Source: an uncultured Staphylococcaceae bacterium
GTDB lineage: Bacteria > Bacillota_I > Bacilli_A > RFN20 > CAG-826
Direction: 5' to 3'
DNA length: 64,000 nt
NCBI GenBank assembly: GCA_964433025.1
Contig: CAYSPV010000002.1
Coordinates: 3,677 to 67,676, forward strand
The position numbers and the translations under genes are program-made. Of this stretch, positions 30,413 to 40,184 are shown piece by piece. Positions within the stretch are counted from its first letter, which is position 1, and every line of letters starts with the position of its first letter. The notes beneath the pieces were generated by a model. That model did no database searches. It was not told where the DNA came from and worked only from the letters and a program-made list of their open reading frames with translations.

Positions 30413-30970
30413 CTATTTATTTAATGTAGAAGATGTTTTATCTAATAATGATAGCTGTAATTGCTTGAGTTGATATTGTAAAGAACCATCATAGACATGA
30501 CCATCAATAGCGATCTTTATACCTCCAATTAAGGAAGTATCAACTTTACCTTTTAAATAGACTTTTTTATTGATTTTTTTAGATAAAATCTTTTCTAATT
30601 TTTCTAAAACTTTTTTATCAATCTTATCTTCACTAAAGTACACTATTCCTTCTTTAATATTTAATTTTTTATTACATAAATTAATAAAATTATCTAAGAT
30701 TTGCACGATTTTTCTAATTTTATGATCACTTATTAAAACCTTAATAGAATTAATAAAATCATTACTTAAAATACCTTTAAATAATTGGTCCACTACATCT
30801 AATCGAGTTGATATTTCTATAAATTGACAGTTAAGAATATCAATTAAAACATCATAGTTTTTAAATAGATCTCTAATAGAAATAGCGGCATCTCGATAGT
30901 TATCAACCTTATTATTTTCTAAGGCTATTAAATAGAAAGCATTCGCGTAATTTAGATAAGATTGAAGCAT
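30413..30970 (-). CDS. atpH: F1 ATP synthase delta (OSCP) subunit
   Basis: Operon position. C-terminal [18 protein letters not shown] is typical of OSCP. Confidence 0.8.
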   Translation of the reverse strand: MLQSYLNYANAFYLIALENNKVDNYRDAAISIRDLFKNYDVLIDILNCQFIEISTRLDVVDQLFKGILSNDFINSIKVLISDHKIRKIVQILDNFINLCNKKLNIKEGIVYFSEDKIDKKVLEKLEKILSKKINKKVYLKGKVDTSLIGGIKIAIDGHVYDGSLQYQLKQLQLSLLDKTSSTLNK

Positions 30971-30972
30971 AA

Positions 30973-31557
30973 TTATTTATTTACCTCATCAATAAAATCA
31001 TCCACTATTTTTTTATTATCATCGCTGGTGATGTTTTTATTTAATAATTTATTCGTAGCTAAAATAGATACATCCACGATCTCTTTATGGATATCGTCTT
31101 TTAAAGCTTCATATTTAGCTTTAATATCTTCATCGGCTTTAATTTTTAGTTGTCTAATTTCTTCTTTTGATTGTTCTTGAATAATTTTAGTTTCTTCTAA
31201 AGCCGATTTTTTAGCCTCTTCAATCATTTCATCACTTCTTTTACGAGCATCTGATAATAAATCTTTAGATTCTTGTAAGTCTTTTTTAGATTGTTCATTG
31301 TTAAGGAATGCACTTTTAATTTCTTCATCCACGGCGTCTTGTCTTTTTTTAATAATTCTTTTTATTGGCTTATAAGCAAAGATAAAAAAGAGCACTATTA
31401 AAACAATTAAAGATAATAGTTGAATGATAAAAGCCCATAAGTTAGGAATGATTTTTTCTAAAAAAGTTTCTCCATCTGGTAAAGATGGATAATCTGAACT
31501 AGTATCATCTAAAAACGTTAATAACAATATAAATAAGTTATTCATAATACTAGACAA
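30973..31557 (-). CDS. atpF: Fo ATP synthase b subunit
   Basis: A single N-terminal TM helix followed by a long charged helix. Operon position supports the call. Confidence 0.8.
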   Translation of the reverse strand: MSSIMNNLFILLLTFLDDTSSDYPSLPDGETFLEKIIPNLWAFIIQLLSLIVLIVLFFIFAYKPIKRIIKKRQDAVDEEIKSAFLNNEQSKKDLQESKDLLSDARKRSDEMIEEAKKSALEETKIIQEQSKEEIRQLKIKADEDIKAKYEALKDDIHKEIVDVSILATNKLLNKNITSDDNKKIVDDFIDEVNK

Positions 31558-31765
31558 ACAAAATCATAATGGCAACAAGTAAGGCATAAATACCTGTTGT
31601 TTCAACAAGTGCACAACCTAAGATCATATTGTTTCTTAAGACTTTAGCCATTTCAGGGTTTCTGGTCATACCATCTAAGGCATGTGAAACCACAAATCCT
31701 TCACCAAGTGCGTTTCCAATACCTGATAAGACGGCAATTCCTGCTGCTAATGCGGTAAGATCCAT
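31550..31765 (-). CDS. atpE: Fo ATP synthase c subunit (Na+-type ion-site signature)
   Basis: 71-aa helical hairpin with an RNPE loop. The ion-site residues are E22, E55, T56, T57 and Y60. Confidence 0.9.
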   Translation of the reverse strand: MDLTALAAGIAVLSGIGNALGEGFVVSHALDGMTRNPEMAKVLRNNMILGCALVETTGIYALLVAIMILFV

Positions 31766-31825
31766 AAATTTTTTAACCTCCTTATAGTTTTAAAATATAT
31801 GTTAAGTAGTTATTACTACATCACA

Positions 31826-32617
31826 TCAATTCGTGGCGATACTTTTAATTTGAGTCGCACTGTCTAATTCTTCTTCATCATCTGGTCCTTCTTGACCTAT
31901 TAACATCATAGATAACATACAGAAGACCACTGTTTGTATAAAGGCTGAGAATAAATCAAAATAAAGATGTAAAATAGGGGCAATAATAGGGGCAATAATT
32001 AAAGAATTATAATATTCAGGAATAAAGCTAAATATAGTCATCGATAAATTTTCTAAAGCATAATAAACTAAATTCATTAATGTCCAACCTGCGATTGCAT
32101 TTCCAAACAAACGGAAAGATATAGAAATTAAAGGTGCCCACATCGATATTAAATTAATTGGTAAAAATAATGGCACTTGAGGAATTGGATCAAGATATCT
32201 TTTAAAATATTTCCATTTATTTGTTTTAACTGCGGTTGCGTGTATACATACAAATACGATTAACGCTAATGAAAGGGGTACTGCTAGATTTGTTAAAGGC
32301 GCTGGTAAACCAGTTAAACCAAATATAAAAGCTAAAAATAAATAGGCTGCTAAAGCAAACATAAATCCACCAAAACCATCAAAATGTTTGCCCATTATAT
32401 CTAGGGCAAAATTATCAAAGAATTTAACTCCTACTTCAAATAAAAACACTAAGCCTTTAGGTTTTTTTAAAGGATCTACTTTTCTAGCTTTTATATTTAC
32501 GATGACCACTAAGATTAAAATAATTAAAATACAACAAAGAGAGGAAAATAAAAATCCAATCGTTTCATCATTCCAATTACTAGGAGACATTAAGAATAAT
32601 TCTTTGATTTGATCCAT
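31826..32617 (-). CDS. atpB: Fo ATP synthase a subunit
   Basis: Conserved stator Arg motif SFRLFGNAIAG; polytopic. Confidence 0.9.
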   Translation of the reverse strand: MDQIKELFLMSPSNWNDETIGFLFSSLCCILIILILVVIVNIKARKVDPLKKPKGLVFLFEVGVKFFDNFALDIMGKHFDGFGGFMFALAAYLFLAFIFGLTGLPAPLTNLAVPLSLALIVFVCIHATAVKTNKWKYFKRYLDPIPQVPLFLPINLISMWAPLISISFRLFGNAIAGWTLMNLVYYALENLSMTIFSFIPEYYNSLIIAPIIAPILHLYFDLFSAFIQTVVFCMLSMMLIGQEGPDDEEELDSATQIKSIATN

Positions 32618-32619
32618 AT

Positions 32620-33012
32620 TTATTCCTTTTTAGTTATTAGTGAACTTATTATTAAAGATATTAGACCTATAAATGAAGAGGCAAATGTTGCCCATACATT
32701 AAAGATATGAAGATCTAATAAATAATATAAACAGGCTGCAAGTATTATTACAGCGATATGTATTAAAGACATAACAACAATATTAATAATGGTAACAATC
32801 ATTAAAGTATGATCATTTAATGTTTTTTCTTTAATGGTAAATAAACATAAAGAAAGTATACAACCTAAACCACCAAGAAGTATTCCAAAGGCTACTTCCA
32901 TTAAATCAATTACTATTAAAGGTAAGGTTATTAAAAAGATAGAAAAAGTTATTAATATCGCTATTAAGATTGATTTTTGAATTAACGTTAAATTATTAAA
33001 TAGTGTTTTCAT
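32620..33012 (-). CDS. AtpI-like small membrane protein
   Basis: 130 aa, 4 TM, immediately upstream of atpB. Assigned by position and size only. Confidence 0.45.
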   Translation of the reverse strand: MKTLFNNLTLIQKSILIAILITFSIFLITLPLIVIDLMEVAFGILLGGLGCILSLCLFTIKEKTLNDHTLMIVTIINIVVMSLIHIAVIILAACLYYLLDLHIFNVWATFASSFIGLISLIISSLITKKE

Positions 33013-34211
33013 GCTTTTATAAACTTAAATTTGGTAAAGCAAATAATTCCATTTTCATATTTAATATTTATTTCACCATTAATTAGAGGCGCTAAATATT
33101 GTTTAAATTTATCGCTCATCTTAGTTTGATCACATAAATATTCTTCAGGAATAGTTTTAACCTCATTAGCGATTAAATGGACATCTTCAACATGATATTC
33201 AACTTCATATGGATCATTTGATATACGTTTTAAAATAACCATTTTAGCGGTTAAACCTTCTAAAGCAGCATCCACTGCTTTTTTTGCTACATTAATGGCT
33301 TCTTCTTGATCAACTTTAGATGTCATAGGAACGAACGCTCTTTGAGGAACACTTAGTTCAATAATTCTATAAGGTAAATGTAATTTATCTTCTACATCAT
33401 AGGCTAATTCATTAGCCACACCCTCTAATTGGATATGACCAAATCCATCAGTTTTAGATGATGTAACTTCTCTTGGAAAATCTATTCCTTCAGAGATACA
33501 CACTACTACGGATCCTTTTTGCTTATAGACTCTATCAATATCTTCTAAAAAGCTATCAACAGTAAATTTTCTTTCTGGTATATAAATTAAATCAGGTCTT
33601 AATCTTTCATCTAATATATCTGTTGAGGCTGTTAGCCAACCAGCATTTCTTCCCATGATTTCAATTAAATGGACTTTGCCTTTTTTAAAGCCTCTAGCGT
33701 CTAAGGCAATTTGAGCAATCGTATTTATTACATATTTACAAGCACTGCCAAAACCTAGACTATGATCTGTTATAGCTAAGTCATTATCAATAGTTTTAGG
33801 AACTCCAATTACTTTAACATCTAAATTTAATTCTAAACATAAACTAGATATTCTATAACAGGTATCCATGGAGTCATTACCTCCATTGATTAATATATAA
33901 CCTATGTTATGTTTTTTAATGTTTTCAACGATTTTAAAATATAATTCATGATGATATTCATTAGGTAATTTTAATCTTGTAGAACCTAAAATTGCCCCTG
34001 AAGTTTGTTTTAATAATTCGATTTGATCATCATCTTCTAAATCTAATATTACTAGATCATCATTTATAAGACCTTCTATACCATGAAGTGATCCTAAAAT
34101 ATGATCGATTTTATCTTTATGTAATTGACATTGTCTTATTGCACCATATAAGGAAGAATTAATAACAGAAGTAGGCCCTCCTGATTGAATATATACAAGA
34201 TTTTTTTTCAT
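33009..34211 (-). CDS. pfp: Phosphofructokinase, predicted PPi-dependent
   Basis: PFK family motifs GGNDS (in place of GGDGS) and PKTIDND (Lys in place of Gly124). MGRNAGWL is present. 400 aa. Confidence 0.8.
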   Translation of the reverse strand: MKKNLVYIQSGGPTSVINSSLYGAIRQCQLHKDKIDHILGSLHGIEGLINDDLVILDLEDDDQIELLKQTSGAILGSTRLKLPNEYHHELYFKIVENIKKHNIGYILINGGNDSMDTCYRISSLCLELNLDVKVIGVPKTIDNDLAITDHSLGFGSACKYVINTIAQIALDARGFKKGKVHLIEIMGRNAGWLTASTDILDERLRPDLIYIPERKFTVDSFLEDIDRVYKQKGSVVVCISEGIDFPREVTSSKTDGFGHIQLEGVANELAYDVEDKLHLPYRIIELSVPQRAFVPMTSKVDQEEAINVAKKAVDAALEGLTAKMVILKRISNDPYEVEYHVEDVHLIANEVKTIPEEYLCDQTKMSDKFKQYLAPLINGEINIKYENGIICFTKFKFIKA

Positions 34212-34337
34212 AAAAAAGACTCCTTAGACATAATGATAACACAACACTATTATTTTATAAAAAAATAATTTTATATTTTTAAATATGATACATAATTGCT
34301 AAAATAGTATCATAATAAAAGAAGTGAGGAATTACAC

Positions 34338-35978
34338 ATGTCAATTAAAATTAATGTTTTAGGTGAAGAAAAAGTTTTTTCAAGACCTGTTAGAGTTTTA
34401 GATGTAGTTGGACCAAATAAAGACTATATATGTGCTCGTATTGATAATCGGGTTAGAGAATTAACTTATGTTTTAGAAAAAGATTGTGCTTTAGAACCTC
34501 TTACCTGTAAAGATACAGAATCAATAAAAATATATGAAGCATCTGTTAGATTTTTAGTAGCAATGGCTATGCATAATATTGCCCCACATCTACAATTTAG
34601 ATTTTCCTATAATGTATCTAGATCTGTATTTTTACAAATATTAAATGAAAATCAAACCGCATCTACAAAATTAACTCTTGCCTTAGAAAAAGAAATGCAT
34701 CGTTTAGTGGAGGCTGATATTCCTTTAATTAGAGGTAAAATCTTAAAAGAAGAAGTCATGAAAATTTATGAAAGTGAAGAATTTTCTGACAAATTAAAAA
34801 TATTAAAATATCGTCCAGAAAAAGACGCTCATATTTATACATGTGGTGATTATAAAAACTATATGTATGAAAGAATGGTACCCTCTACTGGTTATATTAA
34901 AAAATGGAGATTAAAATTTTATTCTCCTGGTATTATCATTCAATATCCTAGAAGCGAATGTAAAGGTGAAATACCTGAATTTAAAGACGCTCCTACCTAT
35001 GGTAGAACTTTAAAAAGAGCCCATGCTTGGGCCTCTATTGCAGGTATTGATACTATCGCAGGTATTAATGAAATGACTAAAAATTATGGAGCAGTCGATT
35101 TCATTAATATGTGTGAACATTTCCATAACGCCCAATTTGCGGAACTAGGTGATTTAATTGAAAAAGATATCGACTCTATCCGTTTAGTGTGTATCGCAGG
35201 TCCTTCTAGTTCAGGTAAAACCACTTTTGCAAATAGATTAAGAATAGAATTACTATCTAGAGGTATTAGACCTGTACGTATTTCTATTGATGATTATTAT
35301 TTACCAAAAGATCAAGTACCAAAAGATGAAAATGGAGATCCTGATTTAGAAGATATTAAAGCTTTAGATATTGAATTATTTAATAAAAATATCGCTGAAC
35401 TTATTGAAGGTTATGAAGTTGAACTTCCTAAATTTGATTTTTCCTTGGGAAAAAGAGTGCCAGGTCGTAAAGTTAAAGTTAGTTTAGAAGAGCCTATTAT
35501 TATTGAAGGTATTCATGCTTTAAATGATATGCTTACAAACTCTATTCCTAGACACCAAAAATTTAAAATCTATATCGCTCCTCAAGCTCAAATTAATTAT
35601 GATAATCATAATCCAATGTCATTAACTGATTTAAGATTATTAAGAAGAATTGTTAGAGACTATCAATTTAGAAATGCTTCCGCTATTGAAACACTTGAAA
35701 TGTGGCCTTCAGTTAGAAAAGGTGAATTTAAATGGATCTATGATAATCAAGAAGGCGCAGATTTTGTTTTTAATTCTTTCTTAGTATATGAATTAAGTGT
35801 AATGAAAAAATATGCTTTACCTTTACTTAGTAAAATAGATTCAGATAATGAACATTTCCCCACTGCGGAGCGTTTAATAAGAATGTTAAAATTCTTTGAT
35901 GAATTAGACGATCAATGGGTGCCTTGTAATTCAGTATTTAGAGAATTTATAGGCGGTTCATGTTATGCTGATGTTTAA
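34338..35978 (+). CDS. Uridine kinase-family nucleoside kinase with an N-terminal TGS/ThrRS-like extension
   Basis: P-loop GPSSSGKTT in the C-terminal half and EGIHALN. The roughly 280-aa N-terminal extension is typical of the long clostridial-type udk-like proteins. Confidence 0.7.
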   Translation: MSIKINVLGEEKVFSRPVRVLDVVGPNKDYICARIDNRVRELTYVLEKDCALEPLTCKDTESIKIYEASVRFLVAMAMHNIAPHLQFRFSYNVSRSVFLQILNENQTASTKLTLALEKEMHRLVEADIPLIRGKILKEEVMKIYESEEFSDKLKILKYRPEKDAHIYTCGDYKNYMYERMVPSTGYIKKWRLKFYSPGIIIQYPRSECKGEIPEFKDAPTYGRTLKRAHAWASIAGIDTIAGINEMTKNYGAVDFINMCEHFHNAQFAELGDLIEKDIDSIRLVCIAGPSSSGKTTFANRLRIELLSRGIRPVRISIDDYYLPKDQVPKDENGDPDLEDIKALDIELFNKNIAELIEGYEVELPKFDFSLGKRVPGRKVKVSLEEPIIIEGIHALNDMLTNSIPRHQKFKIYIAPQAQINYDNHNPMSLTDLRLLRRIVRDYQFRNASAIETLEMWPSVRKGEFKWIYDNQEGADFVFNSFLVYELSVMKKYALPLLSKIDSDNEHFPTAERLIRMLKFFDELDDQWVPCNSVFREFIGGSCYADV

Positions 35979-36004
35979 TTAAAATATTTAACTTTTGCAA
36001 AGAT

Positions 36005-37129
36005 TTAGTCATTTTTAGAGGGGTTATTGAGCTTAGAAAAAGCATTGACCTCTCTTTTATATATACTCGTTAATTGGGCAAAATATATCTTTTGCATATT
36101 TTCATATTGTTGCATTTGTTTTTCAAAAGAATTAGAAAAGAAATAGGCTTTAAATATCTTTTCAATTCTAAAAAATGATTCATATAAAATGATTAATGTT
36201 AAATGATAATAATATGGTTTATTTGAATATATTAACATAGGCGTGGAATGTACAATCTCTGAGCTTTGTTCATAGACTTTAGAATATTTAGATAGACCTA
36301 CGGCTTTTTGTAGACCATCTCTAAAGTTTAATTTAAAGCTTTCATCTTTACTTTCTGTTGTATCATACAACCAACCATATTCAATAAACTTTTTCATATC
36401 TTTAGATTTTAGATCATGTTGTCGCATTTTATCTTTGATTTCTACAAACATTTGATCTGTTTCTTCTTTTGTTTTTAAACCGCTTCTAAAGGCGATTGCA
36501 TAAGTCATATGTCTAAGATAAGTTTCCACTAAAGGGGTACGATATTTTTCTAGTAATATTAAAGTACATTCACATTCATGAAGAGTTCTCCAAGAGGCTA
36601 GAGCTTCTGTTTCAAAACCCATTGTTAGTAAATATAAACAACATCTAGCAATACTTATTGATTTATTTAATAAATCATTAATTAATGTTTGTCTTGGATT
36701 ATTTTTAGGAGTCTTATTTAAAGTATTTAACATAAAGTTTAAATAAGTATCTAAAGATGAAATAGGGGGTATATATTTATTGCCTAAAGTAGTTTCTTTA
36801 TAGTTAAAGAAATCTAAAGACATGTATTTGTCTGCTACTACTGAGGCCATTTGAATTTTAATCTTATCATCATTGTTAAACTTATCTATTTCTTCTTTTG
36901 ATTTATTAATAACAGAATAAGAATATTCACCTAAGATATAAAAGATAAGATAAATAGAGTTAATAGGTTGAGCGCTTCTTACAATGTTTTGATCTTTTAA
37001 ATTAGCCACTGCATGAAACGCAACTTCATAAACGTCATAACAAAAATCAACATTAAGAATATTGTTTTTATTAACAGAATTAACAATTAAAGCAAATTGT
37101 TGTTTGTTAAACGCTAATTGTTTTGTCAC
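36005..37129 (-). CDS. Hypothetical helical protein coupled to addA (weak DUF5677-like flavour)
   Basis: The ORF starts at a GTG that overlaps the addA stop by 23 nt. No catalytic motif was recognised. The segment GFETEALASWRTLHECECTLILLEKY resembles DUF5677-type helical proteins, from memory only. Confidence 0.5.
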   Translation of the reverse strand: MTKQLAFNKQQFALIVNSVNKNNILNVDFCYDVYEVAFHAVANLKDQNIVRSAQPINSIYLIFYILGEYSYSVINKSKEEIDKFNNDDKIKIQMASVVADKYMSLDFFNYKETTLGNKYIPPISSLDTYLNFMLNTLNKTPKNNPRQTLINDLLNKSISIARCCLYLLTMGFETEALASWRTLHECECTLILLEKYRTPLVETYLRHMTYAIAFRSGLKTKEETDQMFVEIKDKMRQHDLKSKDMKKFIEYGWLYDTTESKDESFKLNFRDGLQKAVGLSKYSKVYEQSSEIVHSTPMLIYSNKPYYYHLTLIILYESFFRIEKIFKAYFFSNSFEKQMQQYENMQKIYFAQLTSIYKREVNAFSKLNNPSKND

Positions 37130-40100
37130 CTACTTCTACCTCCTTAAATCTATTATCGATAATGCTTAATAAATATAATTTAATTTTCTTATTGGTCAAC
37201 TGTTTTACATATGAAGCATAGATATTTAACTGTTTTTTATACGCTTCATCATTAATTTGTCTCGTTTTATAATCGATGATGATTACTTCATCATCTTTTA
37301 TAATCATGCAGTCAATAATTCCATTGATATTATTAATTTTATCATTAAAAGAAAATTCTTTTAATATTTTACAATTATTCAAATTATCAAATAATTCATT
37401 ATCTAAGACTTTATCTATAATTGATTTGATTTTTGCATCTTTAATAAATGAGGTGTCTTTGGTATGTAGGTCCACTGCTTGTAGGATATGATGTAGTCTA
37501 TCACCAAATAATAATTTTTCTTCATCTATATCACTGGTGATATCTTTAGAAGCATGAGAAATATTAATTTGTTTTGATTTAATTTTAATAGGATCATATA
37601 AAGTGAATTGTTTATTTTCTTTGATTTGAGAAGTTTTTAATTGAATGTTTTCAATATCTTCTTCTGATACTTCTTTTTTGTTTTTAATAAGGTCATAAAC
37701 ATAATATAGCATGTCAGAAAAACATATAGATTTTGTAACATCTTCTTTAATCTTATCTGGTATTTGAAGCACTAAGATTGCCATTTCTTTTGCCCTAGTT
37801 ATTGCAACATATAATAATCTTAATTTTTCTTCAAAATCTTTTTGAATTTCTACATCTTTAACATGTCTTAAAAGTAAGGACTTTTTAGTGTCAAAATAAT
37901 TATTAGATACATATCCATAATCTTTAGAAAAATTCATACTATAAATATCACTTCTATTAAATCCCACGAATAAGAAAGGATAATAACATATCGTATATTC
38001 AAGACCTTTACATTTATGATAATTAGTTATGGTTATAACATTATCATCTAATTTAATATCACTACCTCTTAGGCTAATTTGTTCTTGTTTTAAATCATCA
38101 AAAAATTGAATTAATTCATTTAAATCATAAGAAAAATTATCTAATACTTTGATTTTATCTAATATCATATTTATAGTTGCATGTGCGCTTTGAAAATCAC
38201 CCACTAAATTTAATTTATTTAATAAATCAAATTCATTAATTAGCATTGTTGTGGTTTCATATAAAGATAAACAATCAATATTTTTTGATAGTTGATTTAT
38301 CTTTAAAATTATTGGATTTTTTAAATAAGTATTATCTTTAATAAGATAATAAATCTTTTCATCACTATATTCAAATAGATAGCTTCTAGCTATACTTACA
38401 AAAGCATGTTTAAAAGTTTTATCATCAGTGTTACTCGTAGCACTTTGATAAATTAAAATTAATAAATTCTTAATAATAGCAAAGACATCATTTTCAGATA
38501 AATCATCATCTAAATTTTTATAATAGGGTAATTTATATTCATCAAAGATTTTTTCAATAACATCAACACGACTACCACGATCAATTAGGATAGCAAAATC
38601 ACTAAAAACAGCGTTTCTAAAACAATTAGATTTAAGATCGTATATTTGAAGATTATCTTTTAATTTTTGTTTTATATCACTTGCTATAAATCTAATTTCT
38701 TTTTCATAATTGTCTTTAGATTCTTTTTCTTTTTCATACACGAGTGCACTTAGACCATAGGTATAACCTTTTTGTTTATTATCATATTTTTTATTTCCAT
38801 AATATGAAATATGACCATCTTGATAATCAATAATGTTATTATTTTTATCCATTAATTTATTAAAGATATTATTAACATCTTTTAGTAGTTCTTCCCTTGA
38901 TCTAAAGTTTAAGGTCATGTCTATGGAGGTACCACTGCCAGTTGTTTTGTATTGTTTATATTTATCTAAGAATATCTCACAATTTGCGTTTCTAAATTTA
39001 TAGATAGATTGCTTAACATCCCCCACCATAAAGGTGTTATTATTTTCTAAACGTTTGATTATTTCTTCTTGAATATCAGAGGTGTCTTGATATTCGTCAA
39101 TCATGATATATTTAAACTCTTCTTTAATTAATTTATTAGCCTTTTTGTTATCTAAAATCCTAATAACAAATTTAGCGATATCATTATAGGTATAACAATT
39201 ATGAATTTTCTTAAATTCTTCAATTTTAGCAATAACACTTTTAGCGATATTAATTAATAATTTTGTAAAATCATAGTTTGACGTTATTAATTCTTTTTCT
39301 TTATTAGATAATGAGAATATTTTATATGTTTTCTTTAGATTATTCAATTTGCCTTGGAATTCATAATGTAGACTAAAATAATATTCATCTTCTTTTAATT
39401 CACCACCTTTTATACGAGGAGATTTAATGTCTTTGATGTTGTAAATGAAATTATCAAAGCTGGTGATATTAATTGAATTAAAGCACTTTAAATAATCATC
39501 ATAAACATTATCTGGATATGAACTTAATTTATTTAAAACAGATTTTAAATCTTCATATTTGTTTTTAATATATTCAAAGGTAGTATCACATATATCAAGA
39601 TAACAATTATTAATAAAATCTATGTTATTAAAACGTATAAAAAAGCCTTCGCTTTTTAAAGAAATATCGCAAAAGTTAATTATTTTTGAAATTATTTCAT
39701 AAATTAAATTATCATTTTTCTTACAAAATAATTCTATAAAATCTGAGAGTATTTGATTATTAGTTTTATATAAATCATCTAATTCTTCCTGAATATATCT
39801 CTTTTCATAAAGTTTTAAAATACTATCTTCGATAATATCAATATCATCGATTCCAATATAGTTATGATATTTTTTAGCTAGATATAAATTAAAAGCGTCA
39901 ATTGTGGTTATGTGAGCAAAGTCAACATCACTAATTTCTTTATCATCAATAATATTTTTATTTTCTAATAAAAGTTCTTTAATTCTTTTTTTCATTTCAA
40001 AGGCTGCCGCTTTGGTAAATGTAACAATTAAAAAATCAGTAATTCTATATCCATGATTTTTAATTAGATATAAAACATGTTCACTTAAAACGGAGGTCTT

Positions 40101-40184
40101 ACCAGAACCCGCACCAGCGTTTACTAAAACATTACTGCCATGTGCTTCAATAGCGAGTCTTTGTTCTTTTGATGGATTATTCAT
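37107..40184 (-). CDS. addA: ATP-dependent helicase/nuclease AddA (UvrD-like SF1 helicase plus C-terminal PD-(D/E)xK nuclease)
   Basis: Walker A GAGSGKTS, MIDEYQDTS, and a C-terminal nuclease motif DCMIIKDDEVIIIDYKT. Confidence 0.88.
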   Translation of the reverse strand: MNNPSKEQRLAIEAHGSNVLVNAGAGSGKTSVLSEHVLYLIKNHGYRITDFLIVTFTKAAAFEMKKRIKELLLENKNIIDDKEISDVDFAHITTIDAFNLYLAKKYHNYIGIDDIDIIEDSILKLYEKRYIQEELDDLYKTNNQILSDFIELFCKKNDNLIYEIISKIINFCDISLKSEGFFIRFNNIDFINNCYLDICDTTFEYIKNKYEDLKSVLNKLSSYPDNVYDDYLKCFNSINITSFDNFIYNIKDIKSPRIKGGELKEDEYYFSLHYEFQGKLNNLKKTYKIFSLSNKEKELITSNYDFTKLLINIAKSVIAKIEEFKKIHNCYTYNDIAKFVIRILDNKKANKLIKEEFKYIMIDEYQDTSDIQEEIIKRLENNNTFMVGDVKQSIYKFRNANCEIFLDKYKQYKTTGSGTSIDMTLNFRSREELLKDVNNIFNKLMDKNNNIIDYQDGHISYYGNKKYDNKQKGYTYGLSALVYEKEKESKDNYEKEIRFIASDIKQKLKDNLQIYDLKSNCFRNAVFSDFAILIDRGSRVDVIEKIFDEYKLPYYKNLDDDLSENDVFAIIKNLLILIYQSATSNTDDKTFKHAFVSIARSYLFEYSDEKIYYLIKDNTYLKNPIILKINQLSKNIDCLSLYETTTMLINEFDLLNKLNLVGDFQSAHATINMILDKIKVLDNFSYDLNELIQFFDDLKQEQISLRGSDIKLDDNVITITNYHKCKGLEYTICYYPFLFVGFNRSDIYSMNFSKDYGYVSNNYFDTKKSLLLRHVKDVEIQKDFEEKLRLLYVAITRAKEMAILVLQIPDKIKEDVTKSICFSDMLYYVYDLIKNKKEVSEEDIENIQLKTSQIKENKQFTLYDPIKIKSKQINISHASKDITSDIDEEKLLFGDRLHHILQAVDLHTKDTSFIKDAKIKSIIDKVLDNELFDNLNNCKILKEFSFNDKINNINGIIDCMIIKDDEVIIIDYKTRQINDEAYKKQLNIYASYVKQLTNKKIKLYLLSIIDNRFKEVEVGDKTISV

